Positions 40,301 through 48,310 of a DNA stretch of 63,886 nt are shown piece after piece. The position numbers and the translations under genes are program-made. Source of the DNA: a virus (lineage: Duplodnaviria > Caudoviricetes); the IMG/VR virus record IMGVR_UViG_3300050120_000442, positions 1 through 63,886 of that record; one strand, 5' to 3'. The first letter of the stretch is position 1. Every line of letters starts with the position of its first letter. Under the pieces are notes generated by a model. That model saw only the letters and a program-made list of their open reading frames with translations. It ran no database searches and was not told the origin of the DNA.

Positions 40301-40590
40301 GGGTAGTTCCTCTTTACCGCCTGCGCGGCTTCGTATTGGTCCTGGGCACTACGACCGGGAGGCGGATCGCCCATGATCTGAGCCGTCACGACCCTGGAGG
40401 GCTTGCGGTTGTCGTTGGCGCTGCGGCGAAAGATGATGCCGGACTCTGCGCCCGTCTGCTGGATTTCGCGCGGCGCGATAGACCGACCGTTGTCGAACAC
40501 AACCCCCTTTGATGACCCATGCTCAACCGGTTGTGAAGTCCTCGGCGAAAAGTTGTCCCAGGGCGTGACGGCTCTGATCTTGGCTTTCAT
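40297..40590 (-). CDS. Hypothetical protein
   Basis: Overlap-coupled; IMGDPPPGRSA motif. Confidence 0.5.
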   Translation of the reverse strand: MKAKIRAVTPWDNFSPRTSQPVEHGSSKGVVFDNGRSIAPREIQQTGAESGIIFRRSANDNRKPSRVVTAQIMGDPPPGRSAQDQYEAAQAVKRNYP

Positions 40591-40760
40591 GACCGCACCA
40601 GCCCGGCCATGCGTTCCTTCATGGCGATCTCGTTGCGGATGCGGTCGCGCCCGCCGAGCCGCTGATAGACGCCCTGCATGACCCGCATCTGGTCTTCGGT
40701 GTGCCGGCCCTCCATCAGGGCGAGCAGCGCCTTTTCCTCGGTCGCGTTGAGGGTCAGCAT
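40587..40760 (-). CDS. Hypothetical protein
   Basis: AGGA SD; overlap-coupled. Confidence 0.5.
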   Translation of the reverse strand: MLTLNATEEKALLALMEGRHTEDQMRVMQGVYQRLGGRDRIRNEIAMKERMAGLVRS

Positions 40761-41455
40761 GACGGCCGGTCCTGCTCGGTGTGCTCGATCTGAAGGCTGG
40801 ATTGGTGGTGGCTGGTGATGCACGCGACACCGGTGGAGTCCGTCCACTCGACGATGGCCATCCCAGCTTTCGTATGACCGCGGACCTCGCCTGACGGGCC
40901 ACCGTGCCAATGCCGAACCGTGTCGCCGACATCGAATTTGCGCGGGGTCTGCCAACTGCATGGCGTGCGGCCGTGGTAGCGGACGGCGTCGCTAAACAGC
41001 GACTTGGCGGCGGGCTCGGCCGCGACTTCCCGAGCACAAGCTTCCGCAAGCTTCGTGGCGTCGGACTTCTCGATGATGGGGCGGTGGATCAGCTTGAAGC
41101 GGGTAGACATCCAGCAATGCGGTCGGTCTTTTAGAACGACGTAGCCGTGCGCGTTGACATATTGGGTAAGAACTACGTGCTTATCGCCCGTCTCAAGAAG
41201 ACCGCCGCTGTCGTATGCATCGACGACTTGAACCATATCGCCGGGAAGAAACTCTCCCGGATTCTCGATCACCTCGTAGTGTTCGGCCGGACACCAACTG
41301 GAGCAACCCGCCTGATCCAGGTAGCGGATGCAGGGCGGTCCAGAGATGCGGTTGGCGACACTGGTCACCACCACGACATCGCCGATGTCGTGGCAGCCAG
41401 CGATGGGAAAGCAGATGCGGCGAACCGTATCGCCAGCCTTCAGCGGGCGTCCCAT
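40754..41455 (-). CDS. Hypothetical protein with three SH3/KOW-like modules
   Basis: LKAGDTVR, FLPGDMVQ, FDVGDTVR repeats; TGATG coupling. Confidence 0.55.
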   Translation of the reverse strand: MGRPLKAGDTVRRICFPIAGCHDIGDVVVVTSVANRISGPPCIRYLDQAGCSSWCPAEHYEVIENPGEFLPGDMVQVVDAYDSGGLLETGDKHVVLTQYVNAHGYVVLKDRPHCWMSTRFKLIHRPIIEKSDATKLAEACAREVAAEPAAKSLFSDAVRYHGRTPCSWQTPRKFDVGDTVRHWHGGPSGEVRGHTKAGMAIVEWTDSTGVACITSHHQSSLQIEHTEQDRPSC

Positions 41456-41709
41456 CAGCGTGCGCCCGACTTGCCGACCTTGCGGCGGTTCTTGATGACG
41501 CTGGCACGGGCAGCGGCCGATGCACGCTTGTCGCTGAGCAGGATCGCCCGGCGTTGGCCTTGCCGAGACAGGACCGCCGCCGGCGGTCCATAGGTTGCGG
41601 TGTTCGCTTCGAGCTTGGCGATGTGGTTGAACCGAGTCCGATCGGCGCCAGTCTTCACGACTTCCGGATAGGTCTTCGTCTCGGTGTTGGTGGCCGTCGC
41701 GCTGGTCAT
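41455..41709 (-). CDS. Basic hypothetical protein
   Basis: GAGG SD, downstream of operator 41769. Confidence 0.55.
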   Translation of the reverse strand: MTSATATNTETKTYPEVVKTGADRTRFNHIAKLEANTATYGPPAAVLSRQGQRRAILLSDKRASAAARASVIKNRRKVGKSGAR

Positions 41710-41791
41710 CTGTGCCTCTGTCTCTCAACTGCGTGTTGAGAGGATGAAGCCATGGCGCTAAACCATAGTCAACCGAAAGTTGATTATGTTC

Positions 41792-42127
41792 TCAACTTTT
41801 TTGGGACTGACCGATCTCAAGATTGCCGCCGCCTGGCACGCCGACCTTGATCTCCGACGCGGTGTTGGACGACACGAAGATCAGCAGGCCCACAGCCTGG
41901 ACGCCGAGCGACACCCAGAGCGCGATGCCGATGGCCTTGATCACGTCATGCAGGGCACTCTCGGGGAAGGCGTGCAGGGTGAGCCACGCCGTGAGCGCGA
42001 AGGTCTCGATCATCACCGAGGCAAGGAAGCAGATCAGCGTCCACTCGCCCTTCGTCGTCGGCTTGATCGTCTTGACCATGGCCGGCGTCTCGATCGCCGC
42101 GGCCTGGCCGTCTGTCATTTCAGGCAT
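41792..42127 (-). CDS. Two-TM membrane protein
   Basis: Two clear hydrophobic helices. Confidence 0.55.
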   Translation of the reverse strand: MPEMTDGQAAAIETPAMVKTIKPTTKGEWTLICFLASVMIETFALTAWLTLHAFPESALHDVIKAIGIALWVSLGVQAVGLLIFVSSNTASEIKVGVPGGGNLEIGQSQKS

Positions 42128-42234
42128 GATGGCGCATCCGAGGACTGGGGTTAATGCGCCACATAATCACGTAAAGGTGGATTTGTCCACGTTTAGGTTG
42201 ACTGTGTGATTGCGGCGTGATCTGGTCGGCGGGT

Positions 42235-42356
42235 CAAGTCGAGCCGATGTGCCCGCGATGTTGAGACCTAGCAGGAGGCTGTCATGAAATATCACGGATA
42301 GATGCCGTCATCATGTGAGCACCCAAGGCCCTTCCGTTCAGTCGGGAGGGCCTTTT
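42235..42356 (+). ncRNA. Candidate small RNA / minigene transcript
   Basis: TTGACT at 42198, AGGAGG SD then ATG AAA TAT CAC GGA TAG, intrinsic terminator. Confidence 0.4.
42325..42356 (+). terminator. Rho-independent terminator
   Basis: AAGGCCCTTCCG-TTCAGT-CGGGAGGGCC-TTTT. Confidence 0.8.
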
Positions 42357-42505
42357 GATTCCTGACTCACGGCTGCGGCTAGAGCCCACATTTTCCGGGA
42401 ACGAGCTGCATCCCTACCCAGGGGGCCAATTCGGATCTGACCCCCTGGACCTTGCCTCTGCCAGCGTTGCGGTGCAACGGTGCGCGCCACGACATGGGGG
42501 ATGCG

Positions 42506-42829
42506 ATGCGCGGATTTGCTCTAGGGGTTGGCCTGGCGGCGCTGATTGGATTAGCGGGTTGCACTAGCGTCGGATCGAACTTTGATCAGGCGACGGCCGA
42601 CGCGTTGGCGCCCGGCATGACGTTCGCCGAGGTTCGCGCAAAGCTAGGGGCGCCCAATGCCATCGCAACACGCGCGGATGGGTCAACCGTCGCCACGTGG
42701 ACTCATGGGGACGTGAACGGGTTTACGGGTAAGGTCGCGGCGCGCGCCGTGCGGATATCCTTTGACACGTCCGGCCGGATGACTGGCCAGATTCAGCGGT
42801 CACAGATTGCCGGCGGCCCGCGTCTATAG
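42506..42829 (+). CDS. BamE/SmpA-OmlA-like lipoprotein (moron)
   Basis: Lipobox LAGC; L.PGMT.AEV...LG.P motif; opposite strand to its neighbours. Confidence 0.7.
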   Translation: MRGFALGVGLAALIGLAGCTSVGSNFDQATADALAPGMTFAEVRAKLGAPNAIATRADGSTVATWTHGDVNGFTGKVAARAVRISFDTSGRMTGQIQRSQIAGGPRL

Positions 42830-42849
42830 GCCCGCAACATGGCAGACTC

Positions 42850-44139
42850 CTAGCGCCCCTTGGCCATGCGATGTAGCGTGAAGGCGAACAACAGGCCGAG
42901 GCATATCAAGATGGGCTTGGCGTGGCCACTGGCGGCGATGGCCAGGGCGCCGCCGAAACCCGCGACGATGAGCAATCCGAACAGGGCGAACACGCCGGCG
43001 CCGTTGCCTGGCGTCTCAACAGGGGCGGGCGAGATCCCGACGCCGGTAAACTTGATCTCCACGCCAGGGAACAGGACGGGAAGCGGGGGCATGGTCACGC
43101 GCACCAAGTCGCACGGCCGCGGCGATCCATCTTCGCCGATGGTGGATACAAGCGCCTGGCCAACCCCCATGGTCATAATCAGCCCTGCAGCGTCTAGCTT
43201 CGGGTTGATCGGCATGGTTTCGGCCGCGACACGGGCGGCGCGTTGATCCTGTACCGTGGCGCCGCGCAAGGCGTGCTGAACACGGTTGCCGAGCTGGGCG
43301 AGGATGGCGGCCGGTATGTCGGCGGGTGATTGCGTGGCGAAGTAGACCCCGACTCCCTTAGATCGAATGAGCCGGATTATCCGCTCGATGCGTTGAATCA
43401 AGGGCGGCGGTGCGTCGGCGAACAACAGGTGCGCCTCGTCGAAAAACAGGACGAGTCGCGGCTTATCGAGGTCGCCCACTTCGGGGAGTCGGTCATACAG
43501 GTCACAGAGCACGAAAAGCAGATACGCGCCGTATAGCGCGGGCGATCGGATAAGCCGGGTAGCGTCGAGGACGTGGACAAAGCCGGGCGTCATCAACTTC
43601 GCCACGTCAAAGCATGGTCCGATCAATGCGCCGGCGCACCCTTCGCGCTCTATCCCTAAAAGGGTGCGCTGAACGGCGCCGACGCTTGCGGGCGATATCA
43701 GCCCATATCGGGCACCAAGGCCTTTCGGATTGCTGGCCAGCTTGCGCAGGACGTCGCGGAAATCGCCTAGCGTGTTGATGGGAGTCCGTGTGTCGCTCGC
43801 ATAGGCGAAAGCGATATCCGTCACCCCGGCTTGCGCCTCGGATAGATTGAGCGCGCGCGCCAGTAGATCAGGGCCAAGCGCCTTAACGGTCAACCGGGCG
43901 TTCCGCATTGGGTCTAGCAGGACTTGACCGTCTAGCGCGGCCGTGAGAGGCGCCAGGTCGCCTTTAACGTCAGCGATGAATACGGCCGCGCCGGCATCGG
44001 CGAACCCTTGCGCCAGCTTGGCCACGGTGACGGATTTACCCGTTCCCGTGGCGCCCGCGATCAAGCCATGCCGGTTTGCGAATTGGCTTGCGATATAGGA
44101 CGCGCCGCCGTTGCCTTGGCCAATGGGGATTCGGGTCAT
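42850..44139 (-). CDS. DUF853/YjgR-like HerA-FtsK superfamily ATPase with C-terminal TM helices
   Basis: ANRHGLIAGATGTGKS, DVKGDL, LPEVGDLDKP.LV.FFDEAHLLF, RLIRSKGVGVYF.TQ, QLGNRVQHALR. Confidence 0.85.
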   Translation of the reverse strand: MTRIPIGQGNGGASYIASQFANRHGLIAGATGTGKSVTVAKLAQGFADAGAAVFIADVKGDLAPLTAALDGQVLLDPMRNARLTVKALGPDLLARALNLSEAQAGVTDIAFAYASDTRTPINTLGDFRDVLRKLASNPKGLGARYGLISPASVGAVQRTLLGIEREGCAGALIGPCFDVAKLMTPGFVHVLDATRLIRSPALYGAYLLFVLCDLYDRLPEVGDLDKPRLVLFFDEAHLLFADAPPPLIQRIERIIRLIRSKGVGVYFATQSPADIPAAILAQLGNRVQHALRGATVQDQRAARVAAETMPINPKLDAAGLIMTMGVGQALVSTIGEDGSPRPCDLVRVTMPPLPVLFPGVEIKFTGVGISPAPVETPGNGAGVFALFGLLIVAGFGGALAIAASGHAKPILICLGLLFAFTLHRMAKGR

Positions 44140-44363
44140 CGACGAATCCTCAAACGTGCAGGGACGCGCGGCAACGCTTTCAAAGCGGTAACCGTAAGGC
44201 CACAGTTCCGGGCGAGGTCGCGCCACGCTGCAGGCAACGCCTTTCTACCGTCTGAGTCGTGGCCTACGCCCGTTTGATCTTTCCAGCCGGTCCCGTCCTG
44301 CAGAATGATCACATAGCCCGCCGCAAAGCGGGCCGGTTCAATTCGGATTGTGGGCGCCATCAT
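44136..44363 (-). CDS. Hypothetical protein
   Basis: Overlap-coupled early-cluster ORF. Confidence 0.45.
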   Translation of the reverse strand: MMAPTIRIEPARFAAGYVIILQDGTGWKDQTGVGHDSDGRKALPAAWRDLARNCGLTVTALKALPRVPARLRIRR

Positions 44364-44560
44364 GAGAACACCGCGAAAAGAATGATCAGGCCACCGACAA
44401 GGGCGATGGCGCCGAGGGCGCGCAAAGCCGTGTTGATGACATTGCCAAGGAATAGGCTATGGCCCGTTGTCTCGAATGCTTGGCCGGCGCGTTGGCAAGT
44501 GCGCTGCGCAGCCTGATAGTGGGCCGTTGCGTATGTGAAGGAGTCCACGGTGCGCCTCAT
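44360..44560 (-). CDS. Small membrane protein
   Basis: C-terminal TM; ATGA overlaps. Confidence 0.5.
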   Translation of the reverse strand: MRRTVDSFTYATAHYQAAQRTCQRAGQAFETTGHSLFLGNVINTALRALGAIALVGGLIILFAVFS

Positions 44561-44838
44561 TGGCCGGACTCGTCTAAATCGACGGTCGCAATCCAAGCGC
44601 CCGGCTTGCCGATATATGCCGTTCCCGAATTGCTGAAACACGCGACATAGACTCGGCGCCAACGGCCTTCCCATTTGACCATGTATTGCGACGGAAGGCG
44701 GGCGCCATAACCACTCGCGGTATAGCTAAGCCCGCATTCTTGCCACCATAGCGGAACCCGCTTTGCGGGTACGGATAGCGTGAGGAACGGGCCAGGGGAG
44801 ACGGTCGCGCTAGACCCGAATTGCAGAAAAGCTTTCAT
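44557..44838 (-). CDS. Conserved-looking phage early protein
   Basis: TASGYG..LP..YMV...GRWRRVY..CFSNSGT.YI; GAGG SD. Confidence 0.65.
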   Translation of the reverse strand: MKAFLQFGSSATVSPGPFLTLSVPAKRVPLWWQECGLSYTASGYGARLPSQYMVKWEGRWRRVYVACFSNSGTAYIGKPGAWIATVDLDESGQ

Positions 44839-44847
44839 GCTGCAGCC

Positions 44848-45339
44848 TCAGTTGTAGAAAGTGGCGAGAGGGAAGGTTTCGCGAACGGTCGCCTTGGCAT
44901 CGGCGCGATCACTGGCGCGGAACGTCTGATCTAGGCGGCCGTCATCCGTCGCGGCCCAATAGAGCGGCTCGCCTTGGCCCCAATAGGCGCCGCAATCGTC
45001 ATAGCCGCCCGAGTCCAGCCGAACGCGGCGAAGGGTGACCTTGGGCCGATCATTCGTTTCGCGGGCTTGCGCTGCAGGGATAAGCGCCAGCGTGGCCTGG
45101 GCCTCTTCCTGAAAGTAATGAACGGCTTCGAACCAATAGCGGGCCTTCAGTCCGTCCGGGGTTTTCCGGTTTTCACGGTCGCGTTCCGCCTGGCGCGCGA
45201 ACGACTTGAGTTGCGCCGCCGCGACCTGCAGTTGCTCAACAGTCCGCGTATCAGGGGCGATAGACGGGCGACCCATCGGCGCCCCGCGTTTCCAATCGCC
45301 CATGTAGCCTTGCGGCGCGTTCGTCTCGAATGACGGCAT
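44848..45339 (-). CDS. Conserved-looking phage early protein
   Basis: GAPMGR and RVRLDSGGYD..GAYWG.G.PLYW; GAGGA SD overlapping operator 45352. Confidence 0.65.
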   Translation of the reverse strand: MPSFETNAPQGYMGDWKRGAPMGRPSIAPDTRTVEQLQVAAAQLKSFARQAERDRENRKTPDGLKARYWFEAVHYFQEEAQATLALIPAAQARETNDRPKVTLRRVRLDSGGYDDCGAYWGQGEPLYWAATDDGRLDQTFRASDRADAKATVRETFPLATFYN

Positions 45340-45380
45340 TTGGGTTAGTCCTCAACTAAAGGTTGATTGAGTTGGCGAGA

Positions 45381-45776
45381 CTAGACGGCGTGCAGGACGC
45401 GATAGCCGGCCTTTTCGAGGGCGCGAGTCCAGTCGTTCGAGTCCATACCTGGCGCGGCGTCCTGCATAGCCTTGCGATCCGCTAGAAGACGATGGCCGTA
45501 AGGCGTCATTCCGTCCTCGTATTCGCCCCTGCCATATTCCGGTATCTTGGAAATAGCGTGCGCCACGGCGGCGGAACGCTTGTCATAGCCGTAACCATTG
45601 GCAAAGCCGCGAACCATTTCCACGCCAATCAAATGCACATAAGCATACAGGCGGCTCGCACCGTCGCGCGGAAACTTGATTGCGACAGTCGCAACGCGGT
45701 CACCTTCCTTATTCAAGATCACGAAAGCCGAAACCTGCGCAAACGCCGCTTTGTGTTGTTCGTAAATGTCAGCCAT
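45381..45776 (-). CDS. Conserved-looking phage early protein
   Basis: G.A.GYGYDK.SAA motif; own promoter. Confidence 0.65.
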   Translation of the reverse strand: MADIYEQHKAAFAQVSAFVILNKEGDRVATVAIKFPRDGASRLYAYVHLIGVEMVRGFANGYGYDKRSAAVAHAISKIPEYGRGEYEDGMTPYGHRLLADRKAMQDAAPGMDSNDWTRALEKAGYRVLHAV

Positions 45777-45848
45777 TTCCGTGTTCCCTTGTGTGTCGCC
45801 TATAAACGACAATTCGGTTTAGTAGTCAACCAAAAGTGGATTATAATT

Positions 45849-46181
45849 TCAACGGTACGAAAAGGCGAAATGCCGGCCGTGCTGATCTTTGCCGTGATTA
45901 TCGCAAATGACAGACGCGCCGCGCACGGCTTCGGAATACATGCCGCCGGGGTTGAGGGCGTCTAGCAGGGTTGCCGCGCCGGTTGCGTGCGGATTGACTG
46001 GCCAGGCGAGCGAAAGGCCCGTGCGGCGGTTCATATAGGCAGCAGGTAGCGTTCCCGTGTCGTCCGGCATGATCAGGCGATAGGAAGCGGCAAAGCCGTT
46101 CGCCTGCAGCGGCCCAATCTCTTCAAGGTAGAGATTGACGGCGGGGTTTTGTTTGATCGAGCTGGCCAGGGTTAAAGACAT
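45849..46181 (-). CDS. Hypothetical protein
   Basis: GGAGGT SD. Confidence 0.5.
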   Translation of the reverse strand: MSLTLASSIKQNPAVNLYLEEIGPLQANGFAASYRLIMPDDTGTLPAAYMNRRTGLSLAWPVNPHATGAATLLDALNPGGMYSEAVRGASVICDNHGKDQHGRHFAFSYR

Positions 46182-46183
46182 TA

Positions 46184-46369
46184 TCAAACCTCCAGAACTT
46201 CGCACGGCATCGACGGATTTTGGCTTAAATAAAGAAAGCCATCACGAGGATTGAACAGTTTGCCCTTAAGTCCAGACTTGGACATTAGATAGCAATCGTC
46301 CAGCTTATGGGTGAATGCGTTGAACCGCATTACCATTTTATAGTTCTGAGTATTGGCTATATCGCCCAT
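46184..46369 (-). CDS. Hypothetical protein (AT-rich)
   Basis: Short ORF in the early cluster. Confidence 0.4.
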   Translation of the reverse strand: MGDIANTQNYKMVMRFNAFTHKLDDCYLMSKSGLKGKLFNPRDGFLYLSQNPSMPCEVLEV

Positions 46370-46380
46370 TGTCTGATTCC

Positions 46381-46563
46381 CTAGCGATAGAAGGTCAAAA
46401 TGTTGCCGGAAACCTGGGCTAGGTGGTCTTCTGTGTGAACATACCCACCTAACGCGCCCGCGAGGACGTTTGCGAAGGTGAGCAAGGCCCGAATGCGGTA
46501 ACAGGTGCGGCCGAAGTCGTCGGTCATCGTGTCGGTGGTGATCAGCTCGTATTTCTTCGTCAT
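46381..46563 (-). pseudogene. Truncated hexapeptide-repeat-type phage protein (N-domain only)
   Basis: KKYEL...GRT.YRIRAL..F..V.AG.LGGY; stops after a single VSGN. Confidence 0.5.
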
Positions 46564-46681
46564 CTGGGCAAGTCCTCGTTGTGTGATTTCGTGTCGCCTT
46601 TGTGCGACTCTTTGGTTTAGTAGTCAACTAAACGTTGATTTCATAATCAACAAAACGCAATGCGTCTCGCGGCGTTCCGTT

Positions 46682-46882
46682 TCAGTCGGTTTTGCGGAAT
46701 CGGTGGACGCGAGCGGGCGGCGCCACTTCGACGGTCACCCCTGCAGCCGCCATCGCATCGACGACCTTGGATAAACCCTTGGCCGTGAAGCGTACCTCAA
46801 TCAGCGCCCGCACCTTCGCCAGCTCGGGCGACACACGGTCAATCACGACGATCTTGCGCCGGCCGTCATCAGACGTTGACAT
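46682..46882 (-). CDS. Hypothetical protein downstream of the antitoxin
   Basis: Overlaps the antitoxin 3' end. Confidence 0.45.
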   Translation of the reverse strand: MSTSDDGRRKIVVIDRVSPELAKVRALIEVRFTAKGLSKVVDAMAAAGVTVEVAPPARVHRFRKTD

Positions 46883-47285
46883 GCGACTTGCCTTTCGTGC
46901 GGCCCTTGGACGCTTGGCCAGGTTGATAGGTGGTCACCTTGCCAATGCCGAGAGTCGTTGTGGTCCGCCCGTCTTCGTGATGCTCAATAGTCGGATTGAA
47001 TGTAGGCGTTACCGCGATGAGTTGAACGCCAAGCGCCTCAACAACCTTAAGCACTGTCGCTAGTTCCGGGTTACCGTCATGAGATAATGAGCGATAAAGC
47101 GTTTGCCTGTTCAATCCAGTGTCACGCGCCAGCTTCGCAAAGTTGTTAGCGCGCATACATATACCTAGTGCATCGGCGATCACTGCAGCGTTTCCACTAG
47201 ACATTGCGCTATTGAGGTATCCTGCGATGTCGTCTGGCGTTAATAGGTGTTCTGCCGGATCGAACGGCGTTGTTTCAACAGTCAT
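46869..47285 (-). CDS. Addiction-module antidote (HigA-like HTH antitoxin)
   Basis: FDPAE.L......YL, ALG, LAR.TGL.R..LYRSLS..GNP.L.TV.KV..ALG. Confidence 0.9.
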   Translation of the reverse strand: MTVETTPFDPAEHLLTPDDIAGYLNSAMSSGNAAVIADALGICMRANNFAKLARDTGLNRQTLYRSLSHDGNPELATVLKVVEALGVQLIAVTPTFNPTIEHHEDGRTTTTLGIGKVTTYQPGQASKGRTKGKSHVNV

Positions 47286-47575
47286 AGTTTAATGTCCTTT
47301 GCTAGTTGCTTAGCGCGCTTGATCGCCCTCTTCTGATCCGACTTATCGGAACCGGATAAAAGCACGATCAATATATCCGCTTTCTTGATTAGATAGACAC
47401 GATAGCCAGGACCTACATTAACCCGCAATTCTGAGACGCCATCGCCAACCGACTTCAGGTCGCCTAGGCCAAGCGTCAAACGTTGGACGTGATCCAAGAT
47501 GACGCGTGCGCCAGCTCGATCACGTAAGCCGTCAATCCATTGGCCGAACGTCTGAGTCTTGCGAACCTCGATCAT
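47282..47575 (-). CDS. RelE/ParE-superfamily addiction-module killer toxin (HigB-like)
   Basis: F..W..GLRD, GD.KSVG.GVSELR...GPGYRVY, LL.G.DKS.Q..I..AK; toxin-first order. Confidence 0.9.
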   Translation of the reverse strand: MIEVRKTQTFGQWIDGLRDRAGARVILDHVQRLTLGLGDLKSVGDGVSELRVNVGPGYRVYLIKKADILIVLLSGSDKSDQKRAIKRAKQLAKDIKL

Positions 47576-47582
47576 TCGTCAC

Positions 47583-47600
47583 TGTCGCTTATAGGCGACA
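47583..47600. promoter_or_regulatory. Palindromic TA operator TGTCGC-N6-GCGACA
   Basis: Perfect 6-bp arms just upstream of the toxin ATG, next to a minus-strand TTGACA (47604-47609). Confidence 0.7.
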
Positions 47601-47848
47601 CACTGTCAACGCTCATTCGTGCTGACCTGTAGCTATAGGCTTTATCTATCGTGTGGTCCGTTTGCATAGACTGAGTAATTGTCACCTTTTAGGTGTATCG
47701 ACGTTATCTATAACGCATTTGCCAACTCAAAGTTGAGAATAGCTGACCGTTGCCGGCATTTAATGAAGCCGGTGTTACGGTGTAACAGTCCTAAGTCGTT
47801 GTATTTGTTTGGCTCTGGGCCCCCTCTAGCGATTTTCGACGTCCGGGG

Positions 47849-47860
47849 CAGGCGCAGAGC
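47849..47860. other. Candidate cosN (cohesive end) CAGGCGCAGAGC
   Basis: In the largest noncoding gap, next to primase as in Chi-type maps; shares GCGCAGAGC with the Chi cos as I recall it (GGTGCGCAGAGC). Confidence 0.5.
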
Positions 47861-47957
47861 CGGGGAGGGGGAGCGATCTCAAACGGCCTTATCCGACCTG
47901 TTTGGCGCGTATAGCCATAGATTGCCTCGATATCATCCGAAAAACGCGCATACGATC

Positions 47958-48241
47958 TGGAACAGGTGGAACAGGTCCGAAAGCCGCGCCAAAAAGCTGT
48001 TCCAGCGCAAATGACTGAATTTATTGAGCAATCACAGGTGGAACAGGTGGAACAGCTTTCTATAAGGACTGTCGTAATAAGGGTAAGAGTCAGAAGGGGC
48101 TAAAGCCTCCACACTGGCCGAGCAGGGCGCGAAATAAAAACACCCCGTACAGCAAGACTCCTGGGAATCCGTGTTCCGGCTGTGCAACCTGTTCCACCGG
48201 ATGAAATTCTCAATGATTTCAAGGGTGCCGGCTGGAACAGG
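47958..48241. repeat. TGGAACAG repeat cluster (7 copies, both orientations)
   Basis: Forward at 47958, 47967, 48039, 48048, 48233; reverse at 47997, 48189. Confidence 0.85.
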
Positions 48242-48257
48242 AATCGGGTCGAAAACG

Positions 48258-48286
48258 AAAAAGGCCCCTGGATTTCTCCAGAGGCC
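48258..48286 (-). terminator. Rho-independent terminator after primase
   Basis: Minus strand GGCCTCTGGA-GAAA-TCCAGGGGCC-TTTTT. Confidence 0.8.
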
Positions 48287-48310
48287 CATTTCTCAACTCA
48301 GAGTTGACAA

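Noticed and set aside
47958-48241. CRISPR array
   Set aside because: Repeats are only 8-9 bp, irregularly spaced and in both orientations. The Cas4-like gene is the usual phage DUF2800 nuclease.
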